From assembly GCA_043228905.1 (NCBI GenBank), contig JBHGNT010000021.1, positions 7,006,001 through 7,070,000 of the forward strand: DNA of 64,000 nucleotides, read 5' to 3'. Source of the stretch: Azolla caroliniana. Taxonomy: Eukaryota > Plantae > Polypodiophyta. Both the position numbers and the translations under genes were made by a program. Shown here in pieces: positions 40,401-49,512 of the stretch; position 1 is the stretch's first letter, and every line of letters begins with the position of its first letter. The notes below the pieces were generated by a model. That model ran no database searches and was not told the origin of the DNA. It was given only the letters and a program-made list of their open reading frames with translations.

Positions 40401-43400
40401 TCCAGGTGCACATGCTTCACTGGGATAAGGTTGTCTTCTGCAAGCCTCTTCATCCCCTTCTCACTCATGTGGCACAGTCTTTTGTGCCACAGCTCACCGG
40501 CAGTGTCGGCTGCCACATTCAGCTCTTCCGGACATAACCGGGCATTCATCAGGTACAGTGTGTTGTCTTTCCGGGCCCGAGCCACTATCAGGCTCCCCTT
40601 GCTGAACTTCATTACGCCGTTCTGGATGCTACCCGTGTAGCCTTCGTCATCTAGCCTCCCGGCCGAAATCAGGTTCAGTCGGACCTCCGGAACGTGTCGG
40701 ACATTCTTCAGCAGCATTTTGCATCCGGTCGGGGTTGTCAACCACACATCTCCTATGCCAGCAATCCGGCACGTACCTTCGTTTCCCATCCGAACACACC
40801 CATGCTCACCGGCTGTGTAGGATGAGAAGTATCTTCTCTCCGGGGTCAGGTGGAACGATGCTCCGGAATCGACCACCCAGGTCGTCTCATCGCCGGCAAT
40901 GTTTAGCTCACCTTCTTCGGTGATGAGCATGATTTCTTCCTCACTTGCCGCGAGTGCCGTCGTTCCTTTCCGGTCCTGCCCTCGCCGATCCGAACCTCTC
41001 CGGTCCGTGGCTCCCCGGTATGCACCGTTTCTCTCCGGTGACTTCTTCGAATCGGAGTCGTCGGCTCCGTTGTCTTTTCGGTAATGCCGACAATTCTTTC
41101 GGAAGTGCCCCGGCTTCCCACAGTGGAAGCATGTGGGCCTTCCTCTTGACTGCGACCGGGTCCCCGACTTCTCCCGTCTTTGCGGACTCCGGTTCCATTG
41201 TCTTCCCCGATCCGATTCGGTAAGCAGCGCCTTCGGGTCGGAGGTCAGTTCTTTATCTCTCCGACGCGCTTCTTCGTTCAAAATACTTGTCTTTACCGTT
41301 TGCAAGGACAAGTTATCTTCGGTGCAGGAGGTGCTGAGAGTCACCACCAAGTTCTCCCAGCTGTCCGGCAATGTACACATCAGGATGATGGCTTGCATTG
41401 CATCCTCCAACGGGAACTTGATTGCCGCAAGCTGGTTCACGAATCCCATGAACGTGCTCACGTGTTCCACCATACTCTCGCCGTCCCGGTACTTGAGATT
41501 CACTATCTTCCTCATCAGGGAGGTCCGATTCAACGCATTCTTCCTCTCGTAGAGGCCCGACAGCTTCTTCCACATTTCATATGCGTTGGTGTCGTTTGCC
41601 ACATGTTGTAGGACGCTTACATCGACATATTGTCGGATCGTCGCTACGGCTTTCCGGTTCAGGAGCTTCCACTCCGACTCAAGTACCCCCTTCGGTATTT
41701 CCGACCTGTCAATCGGTTCGTACAGGTCCCGAACAATCAGAAGATCCTCCATCTTGATCTTCCAGTCGGCGTAATTCTGTGCATTCAGCACCATCATCCC
41801 CGGCTGCCCGCTGCCGCCGCCTTCCATTTTCTGCAACAGTCGCTCTGATACCAATTTGTAAGAAATAGACGCTTCGATTCACCTTCTTCCTTTCGGCCAC
41901 AACCGAGTAATCGCGGATCAATGCAACAGAAAATAGAAACCAAAAGAGAAAAACACACGAGTACGCAGGGATTAACGTGGAAAACCCTAGATGGGAAAAA
42001 CCACGGGAGTACAAGACTCCAAACAACACTATACAAGAGAAGTATACAATGACGAGCTCCAAGGCGACGACCTTGAGCTCGCTGTCCTCGCCACAGGCGG
42101 CGGAAATACACAGAGGCGTCGTCCTCTTCCTCTCTCGCGCTCTATCTCTCTCTCTCTCACGGCTGCTCCCTCTTCACACCTCTTAAGTGGAAAAACAGAA
42201 AAATGATAAGCAACAGTAAAACTGTTTGCCCTAAGTCATATTTATACTTATATGACTTTGGGCTATTTACAACTGTAGCCACATGGGCCCATAGGAAACA
42301 TATTCACGGATATGTCCCTGCATCCGGATCGCTCTCCGGGTACATTCGTCATCCGGTACCGAAACCGAAACCGGGACCGTCCCATCCGGATCCGACCATC
42401 CCATTCGAAGGGACCGTAATCCCAACATTCCGCGGTCTCCTTACCGTTGTCTCGGTTGCCCGCCTTGCCGCCACCACCGTTCTTCTCCCTCGGTCTCACG
42501 CGGGCGCTCGGGCCGGCCGCCGTGGTCTCTTGAACCGGTGCGTGGAAGGTTGCGGCACCGCCGATTGTCTCCTCCGTACTCGATGATTCGGGCCACCGTG
42601 TCCCGAATCCGCCATGTCCGCTCGAATAGGCGATCGCCGCCTCACCGTCCCCGACCTCGTCCCCGGTCGTTCTTTTCCCCCATGTCGAGAGGGCGGCTCG
42701 CTCCGCACCCTCTCCCGTGGTACCGATGTACCATTCTCTTTCGGCCTCCGCATAGGCCCCGTCCTCCATGTGTGAGGAAGCTCCTTCCTCCGCGTCCTCC
42801 GATCCGCTCGGGCCCGACCCCGCAATAAGCCATTCTTCGGCTTCGATTTTCGCCATTACGAGCCCGCACGCCTCCCGTATTAGCGCTTGTAGGTCGAGCC
42901 CCTCCAAACCGGTTCGCGATGAGCTCTCGTCCGGCGGCATGGCGTAGTTGGTCGTCGCTCTCTCTTCTCCCCCGCTCGCGGGCCGTGTTGTGGCCGACCG
43001 CCTCGCCTCATGTTGCCGACACACCCATTCCACTTCGGGCCACTCCTCGGTGAGACCATGCGCCCCATAATCGTCTTGAAGCTCGAACGTGATGTCCATC
43101 CTCTCCTCATGATGGACCGTCTCCAAAAATAGGAGGACTTTGTCCGCCCCCACCGATCTTCGTTCCCACTCCGAGAGTTGAGAGAAACGACGCTCGAACT
43201 CTCGGAATGCCTCTATTGCGCTCCGATGGCGCCTCGCCGACGCCATCCACCGATCGAACTCTCGCCGACCTCTTACCTCCGATTCCGCGCACCCGTATGC
43301 CTCCATTAGAGCCCCTTCAAAGGACTCCCACGATTCGTGAGCTTCTTGGAGCTCCTTGACCTCCTCGTACTTTGATGCGGCCGCCGCTCGACGAAAGAAC

Positions 43401-43609
43401 TCTAGCCTCGTCGCTTCGTCCACGCCCATCCCCGTCATTTCCGCATCGTAGGCTCTCAAAAATTTTGGGACCTCCTTCCCATTGAACCGGCCGACTAGAC
43501 GGACCACCCTTTCGACCGCTTGTTGAGCCGCCTCTCGCCTCGCCCTCTTCCGTCCGGCGTCCGTCAAGATCTTTGTCATCATCTCCTCGAAGTCGAAGCC
43601 TTCCTCCAT
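34429..43609 (-). CDS. Gag-like plus repetitive polyprotein (~1306 aa when reconstructed), interrupted by the Copia at 37173-42427
   Basis: Segments 43609-42428 and 37167-34429 join in frame (ETAE|EAAASIT) once the Copia and one TTCCG are removed. The N-terminal GRFNGKEVPKFLRAY..SWESFEGALMEAY is retrotransposon-capsid-like. Confidence 0.8.
37173..42427 (-). mobile_element. intact Ty1/Copia retrotransposon (Tnt1/Tto1-like)
   Basis: 571-bp LTRs at 37173-37743 and 41857-42427, apparently identical; TSD TTCCG; tRNA-iMet PBS at 41842-41853; PPT AGGGGGAG at ~37746-37753. Confidence 0.97.
37754..41827 (-). CDS. uninterrupted Copia Gag-PR-IN-RT-RNaseH polyprotein (~1357 aa)
   Basis: CFHCGKPGHFRKNC, WVVDSGAS, LWHKRLCH..CTDC, VHTDV..ADNGGEY..NGLAER, LLYVDDML and GFTDSD; no stops. 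Confidence 0.97.
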   Translation of the reverse strand: MEGGGSGQPGMMVLNAQNYADWKIKMEDLLIVRDLYEPIDRSEIPKGVLESEWKLLNRKAVATIRQYVDVSVLQHVANDTNAYEMWKKLSGLYERKNALNRTSLMRKIVNLKYRDGESMVEHVSTFMGFVNQLAAIKFPLEDAMQAIILMCTLPDSWENLVVTLSTSCTEDNLSLQTVKTSILNEEARRRDKELTSDPKALLTESDRGRQWNRSPQRREKSGTRSQSRGRPTCFHCGKPGHFRKNCRHYRKDNGADDSDSKKSPERNGAYRGATDRRGSDRRGQDRKGTTALAASEEEIMLITEEGELNIAGDETTWVVDSGASFHLTPERRYFSSYTAGEHGCVRMGNEGTCRIAGIGDVWLTTPTGCKMLLKNVRHVPEVRLNLISAGRLDDEGYTGSIQNGVMKFSKGSLIVARARKDNTLYLMNARLCPEELNVAADTAGELWHKRLCHMSEKGMKRLAEDNLIPVKHVHLEKCTDCLAGKQNRTSFHSRPPTRRSAPLELVHTDVCQVETKSHGGAQYFVTFIDDHSRKLWTAPMKTKDQVLCVFKDLHARVERESGKKLKAIRADNGGEYRGQFQEYCRSKGIRLEFTVPKTPELNGLAERMNRTIMERVRSMLAHAKLPKGFWAEAMSTATYVINRSPSVPLDGDTPQRVWTGREVSYRHLKVFGCLAYVHVAKDRRGKLDPKTRPCIFLGYGDDEFGYRVWDPVDKKIFRSRDIIFMEDKTLADWESEKKMKSSKSTGEDQLYEEQSRPARDRLALEDPAEDGEETEPTEEDENDTGTGPDPEMDSDEEESEEPITEAPERRYPLRERRAPRRFPEPEHVLLTDEGEPESFEEAKHDTQSRRWLSAMQDEMDSLHENHTYELVELPKEKRALRNKWVFKLKPGDAGNPPRYKARIVVKGFQQKKGVDFDEIFAPVVKMTSIRTVLSIAASMDLEVEQMDVKTAFLHGDLEEEIYMQQPEGFEKKGKEHLVCRLKKSLYGLKQAPRQWYRKFDSFMTDEGYLKTQSDHCVFVKKFEGGDFLILLLYVDDMLIVGRNQVKIRMLKKALHRTFSMKDLGPARQILGMHIIRDRSKKQLWLSQEKYVTKVLHRFNMSEARPVGSTLPTNCKLSSKQSPKTKAEKEDMMKVPYASAVGSLMYAMVCTRPDIGYAVGVVSRYMSNPGKEHWNAVKWILRYLKGTANVCLRFGSGKPELDGFTDSDMSADADTSRSTSGYVMTYAGGAVSWQSRLQKTVALSTTEAEYMAAVEAGKEIIWMKDFIGELGIRQKEYRLYCDSQSAIHLAKNAAYHSRTKHIQRRYHWIRERIEDKEFVLTKIHTDENGSDMLTKVLTPDKLEACRKRIGLERHPMPK

Positions 43610-43630
43610 CTCTTTCTCCCTTGCCGCCCT

Positions 43631-43647
43631 TCACGTCGGGTTCACCA
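43631..43647 (-). promoter_or_regulatory. primer-binding site complementary to the 3' end of cytosolic tRNA-Trp
   Basis: The + strand reads TCACGTCGGGTTCACCA, matching the plant tRNA-Trp 3' end plus CCA; 4 nt from the LTR. Confidence 0.85.
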
Positions 43648-44639
43648 AAGATGTCGCGTTGTTACGCGCGTGCGTGGAGAAGGGCGGAACCACGGGGGTC
43701 TCGGACTAAGGAGAAGGGGAGAAGGAATAGGACTTCGGAATGGAGCTTAGCACAAGAAGAGAAAGAATGAACAAGAGGAAGATGGAGGCCAAATGCTCAA
43801 CAAGATGTATTAGAACCGAAAACCGATTACAAAATGGCGGCCGCGTAGGCCGCACCGAACGGCTATGATAAACCCGAAACCCTAATCCGACGAAGAAGAA
43901 AAGAAACCCTAACCCTAAAACGAAATGGTATACCTCACTCACACTCAAAATAAGGCAACCCCCACAATGGTGCTCTTCCTCTCCTTTTATAGCACAAGGA
44001 GAGAAGACCGTTTTCAAAAAGGGTGCTACAAAATATCCCCTTTCAATCAATGGGGATATTTCCCTTGATTTTAGGGGAGGAGGGAAGGATGGGTCTTAAC
44101 TCCCACCTCTACACGAACTACTATGTACCTATCTCTCTCTCTCACGTGGATGTGCGCGCAAAAGCACATCACCTTTACACTTTACAAATCCTAAGGTGCA
44201 TTTCTAGCACCATACTTATCACTATCGATAAATAGAAATACAACATGGTGATGTGCAACGTTGCACATCGCGGGTTTGCTTGCTTCGCTCGGTTTTCCGC
44301 CTATGGACGAAAATCTTCACGACAACGTTCAACAACAATGATCACGAGCTTATTGGCATGTCATCGTTCATGGCGAATAAGAATTTCCATGAACCCTCTT
44401 TTGATCAGCGCAACTAAACCCACTATTGAATAACGCATTTGCCAACTCCACAAAATCTCACAATGATGCTCAAGTAGTTACTGACAACAAGCTTAAAAGG
44501 CTACAAGAAGCATGCAGATACACGTCCTACATCAAACTTGGGGAAAAGGCTGAGAACAAGGTATGGTTGAAGTGTGGCAACATCAAGATAACATGCCCAT
44601 GCATCAATTTCAGGTCAGACACACATTGAAGGAGACATC

Positions 44640-47375
44640 GTGACGAGGCAAACCTCGAACTCGGGCGGAATCCCGACGTGCGGCAGAGCTCACCTTGGAA
44701 CAATCGCAATAGAAGAATCCTCATTTAACGACACCATCGGCGAAATCGAGGAATTCGTGAACTTAAGTTATCCTTGCGATCAACACGTGATTTTAGTTAA
44801 CTCTGTCAATGTGTACGCTGTCATCGATGAATATCATCGTGGCATCTTGATGGAGGAAGCTGAAGTCAACACAAAATATAAAACAGTGGATAGGAAGATC
44901 AAGCCAGTTGCAGTTCCGCTACCAGAAGATAGCTGGCAAAAGATGAAGGAAGTTGCGAATGATCCAAGCTTGAGAGATCCGAAGACAATAGGTCACGTCT
45001 TCACTGAAGACACTAAAGGAAAGCTACGAGTTGGAAGGGAGGATTTCCTCCTCCCTGAAGAGGAGCGAATGTTCTACGGAATGCTTCAAAGACATGGGAA
45101 GGCTTTCACATTTTCCCCACAGGAAATCGGATGTGTTGATCAAAGGATGATAGAACCGATGGTGATCTTCACAGTGCCGCATGTGCCTTGGAATTTGAAA
45201 CTGATACCGGTTCCAAGAGCACACCTACCGAAGTTGATTGAGCTCTTAAAGGAGAAGGTGAATATGGGAATTCTAGAACCGTTGAATGCTCCTTACTCTA
45301 ATAGGTGGTTCACGGTGCCGAAGAAGAATGGATTGTTGCGATTCATCCAAGATCTTCAATGCATCAATAAGGTGACAGTTCAGAATGCTGGAATCGGTCC
45401 GAGTGTGGATGAATTTGTTGAGGCGTTTGCAGACCAGTCCATCTACTCCATTGGCGATCTCTACTCTGGATACGACCAATTCCAGTTGGTGGTTGACAGT
45501 CGTAACATTACAACCATGAGGACTCCGATCGGGCTTGTGCGGATGTGTACCTTACCTCAAGGTGCAACGAACTCAATGGCTCATATGGTGAATGCCATGA
45601 ACAAGGTCTTGAAGGATTGCATCCCGAGAATCGCAATGCCCTTCTTGGATGATATTCCGATAAAGGATGTTCGGATGAATCGAAAGATAAGGATGGATGC
45701 AGAAAGTTCGTCAAAGATCATATGAAGGATTGCGAGAAGGCATTACAAAGGCTCGAAGATGCGAATTTGACATTTTCGGGAGAAAAGTCCGCATTCGGGC
45801 AACCGAATATCTTGATGGTAGGTCACTTGTGTGGAGCATACAACCGGAAGCCTTCACCATCCAAGGTGAATGCGATCCAGGACATCAAAGAAGAATGTGT
45901 AACCCAAACGGAGGTTCGAAGGTTCCTTGGAGCATGCGTGTTTTATCATATTTGGATTCCTCTCTACACCCACATTGTTGAGCCATTGTACGATTTGCTA
46001 AAGAAGAAGCAAAGGTTTGAATGGAGGAGTGAGCATACTTTTGCCATCCGAAGGCTGAAGAAATTACTGATGGAGGAACCTGCATTACGGAAGGCGGACT
46101 ATTCAGAAGGCAAGCCCATTTTCATGACTCTGGATACTAATCCGACCAGAATCGGATGGGTTATCAACCAAGAAGACGAAGATTGCAACTGATACACAAT
46201 TTGGTTTGGCACAAAAGTGTTAAGTGATAGGCAAAGAAGGTATGCCCAAGTAAAGAGGGAGTTGTGGGAATCGTATCGGTGATCAAGTCTGATCGTGACT
46301 ACCTCATTGGAGCAGAAGTCATAATCGAGGCAAATTGCCTACTAATATTGGGCATGATATCTAGTTGCAGTACACAAGATATTGCCATGTTACGTTGGAT
46401 CGCATATATGAAATCACTCAACCCCGAGATCCGTCATGTAGTCTGGAAGCATAATGTCGTTGCAGACATGCTATCACAAGGGAGATAAGACGGAGAGGAA
46501 GATCGACATTCTGATGAAGAGGATGTTGGCTTGGACTTCTTTACAAGTTCCTACCCTCGGGTGCTGACTACTTTCATATAAGAGGACTACGAAGGCGCAT
46601 TCGTGGAGATCAGGAAATACTTGAGTTCTCTCCAAAGAGATGAATCTTGGTCGACAGAAGACTTTTACTGAATTCGGAAGAAGGTGTACAAGTATTTCCT
46701 TAAGAATGGAGCTCTTTGGAGGCATGCAAAGAAGAAGAAGAATGGGACTCCAATGCGAGTTGTCTGCAAGCTGGAAGACCAATGAAAACTTATGTATGAA
46801 TTTGATGATAGTGTTTGGGCAGGCCATTGAGGAATATGGGCTATGTTTGCGAAGCTTAAGGAGAAATATTGGCGGTCAGGCATCTACAAAGATGTAGCTG
46901 CTTACGTGGAAACATGTAATGAATGTCAAATGTTTTCGAATGTTCGCCATTGAGATGAACTTCATTCGACTTACCCGTTGCCTATGCATTACAAGTGGAT
47001 GGTGGACATCGTAATGATGCCAATGGGGTGATGGCAGATGAAGTATCTTGTGTTCGCGAGAGAGGAGCTTACCAATCAAGTTGAAGGGCGAGCATTGAGA
47101 ACTAAGGAGACATCATCAGTATGCAGATTCCTTCTTGAATATGTTATTTGCAGCTATGGATGCGTCAGCAAGATAGTGACTGATGGAGGCGAGCTAGACG
47201 CCAATGAAGCTAGAGAATTCTTCTCTAGGATGGGAATCAAGTTATCTCTTACCAATGCGTATAATCGGGAAGCGAATGGGAAAGTGGAACGTGCACATGG
47301 ACCAATTGTGAAGGCTCTAGTGAAAGCTTGCAATGGGAAAATAGGAGAATGGCCGCGTCCACTGCCATTTGCACT
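44640..47375 (+). mobile_element. decayed non-chromovirus Ty3/Gypsy pol (RT-RNaseH-integrase), Phygy/Selgy-like by resemblance
   Basis: KYKTVDRKIKPV, IFTVPHVPW, LRFIQDLQ, DLYSGYDQF, LPQGATNS, PFLDDIP, the RNaseH region and IVTDGGE..NGKVERAH; several stops and frameshifts. Confidence 0.85.
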
Positions 47376-48799
47376 GCTACCAATTGTTTCCCTTGATACG
47401 CGGAGTCATATATTGTGCCTTGATTCATCTATGTTGAGTTTTACATTCTGTGTAAACGTTTACGTAACCATTTGGTTGTAGCCGTCTCGTGTTCATCTCC
47501 ACAGTAGCACAATCACACTTGTTCGATTCATACGCGAAGACCTTATCATCCGAAGTTTCCAAACTATTTGAAGTGGCGCCCTTCTCCCAGAACACAATAC
47601 CTTGAGTCAAATAGACAAAGGACCAGATATTTAACACCGTGTTACCTAGCCCCGTAACAACAAGTTGCATTCCATGCTTGTTTTTGTGTCTATATGAGTT
47701 TGACAAAACCTTGTGAGGATACATAACTCCTATGTGAATTAAGTATCTAGGGCCAGGAGGCTAATGAAAAGGTGCATTTGTTGTGAGATTTAGAATATGT
47801 CGTGTATAATGGGTATATTTCTTTCTTCTAGCTTTGAGAGGTATGAGGTGTATGCAGACTTGATGAGGTATGGGTAGTTGGGATTTGAGGATATAGTAGT
47901 GTGGAACAAAACCATCCCTTCTAATGATAGAATGGGGAGTGGGTGGGGGAAAAGCTCATTAACGGCATGCAAAATCGTCGTTCGCACGTGGCAGGTACAA
48001 TATGAAGAGAGCGAACTTGTGGTTGACCATCAGTGTCATGGAGATGATGTGTTGGCCTTCAAACATCCTAGAGGTTTCTTTACAATTTAATATTTGCTTC
48101 ATGTCTAACAAATCTAGCAATGTATATTCATCTTGCTCCAAAATGCCTTTTGACATTTGTGATTTTGCTTCTACGTAGACTGACACACGTCAAATAGTTG
48201 ACATGGATGGGCAATGTCAATCAATTGTGCAATAGTCAAAGCATACACATGTGGTGGTAATCAAGAGGATCTTCAAATATGTCAAACATGAGACAAATTC
48301 TGGTTTTGAAGTAAATTAGAAAAAATTATTTATTAAGTTAAATTGTAATGCAAATGTGGGCAAGACAAAGCACAACTCATATATTGTGTTTGTTTAACAA
48401 TGCAACAATGATGTGCATGTTGAAGAAGTAACCCACAATTGCTTTAAGCATAAGTTAAGCTAAATACAAAAGTGATTGGGAAGTGACTGTGTATGTAGCA
48501 TGTGAAGTTATATGGATGGAGAAGTTGCTAAAAGACCTTAGAGTTATTGCGCCAAGACTAAATACAAACTCTTTTATGTTGGAGACCAAGTTAGTCCAAT
48601 GCCAAGGCCAAACACATAGATTTCACTAGTAATGGGCCCGGTTCAATTTCTTGGCCTTGAAACCAAACCAAACCAAACCAAACTATTTTAAAATTTATAA
48701 AGCCATTTAAACCAAACTGTTTAAAGAAAAAGTAAAACCAAACCGTTTACAAAAAATTTAAAACCAAACCAAACCTTCTTCTTTTTTAATTTTTTAATT

Positions 48800-49345
48800 T
48801 TTTCCAAAAAAAAACTCTTTCCATTAGTTATAAAATTTTACAAATGAGACGATTATGTACAAATCCCCGAAGGGACGCGATAGTTCCATCTTATGTGGAT
48901 GCCCACAGACTCAAGAAAGGGAGAGGACGACCACTGTTGGATGAAGGCTATTCGTTGTCTTTCAACTCCCTCAGAGCCGCCCTTAAGGCCATCATATTGG
49001 CTCTTCAGAGTGGCTACAATTTCACTCCATATCTCTTGTAGTAACCTTGTTGGATGTGTGGTTTGGTTGGAGAAGACTCACCTATATCATTGTTTCCATA
49101 GAATCCAAAGGGTTATTGGGCTGGCCAATTCCAACACCGCTTGAGATTTGTCATTAAGAGGAACAGAGTGGACATTGCCGTTGGAGGAGAAACAGACCTC
49201 TCGTGTTTTTATGACCAAAGTCATCCCCTCCTCCTGATGCTCGTATCTGCCAATTGCGGCCTGCCATGATAGCCAACATATATTTCCCCATTTGATTGAG
49301 CCTTGCACCTGGCATAATTGCAACAAGCGGCCAACCCCCCGCCAT
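48800..49345 (-). mobile_element. 5'-truncated L1 3' end inside the MITE
   Basis: Minus strand IKWGNICW..ITLWILWKQ*..EIWSEIVATLKSQYDGLKG..IRWNYRVP aligns by eye with the L1 tail at 270-690. Confidence 0.75.
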
Positions 49346-49512
49346 ATCATCATACTTATTATAAATTTGTGTGAGAAAATCATCATAAATTTTGTCCTCA
49401 TACTTATCATAAAATTTGTCATCATACTTATCATAAATTTGGTCATAATATTGATCATTATACTTATCATAAATTTGATCATCATACTTATCATAATTGA
49501 TCATCATAAATG
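49345..49512. repeat. ~24-bp minisatellite (tcatcatacttatcataaattt.g)
   Basis: About 6-7 diverged tandem units. Confidence 0.8.

Larger units (their letters stand above)
33764..44324 (-). mobile_element. young non-autonomous LTR retroelement (Gag-like ORF, no pol), tRNA-Trp primed, 4-bp TSD
   Basis: 673-bp LTRs at 33764-34436 and 43652-44324 with no differences noticed; TSD ACGT; PBS TGGTGAACCCGACGTGA (43647-43631); PPT AGGTGGGGGCGGA next to the 3' LTR; TATA CTATAAAAGG inside the LTR. Confidence 0.92.
32990..44620 (+). mobile_element. old Ty3/Gypsy relic (RT and integrase remnants) split by the 33764-44324 insertion
   Basis: SKLDLHTTYN..HEGEKWKFAF (RT). Integrase QTKWLKLLPFVEFT|FNN rejoins in frame across the insertion; NKVWL..NI follows downstream. 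Confidence 0.7.

Noticed and set aside
49345-49512. Repeat array as CRISPR-like or as a YDKYDD protein
   Set aside because: Contiguous minisatellite with no unique spacers, in a eukaryotic MITE context.
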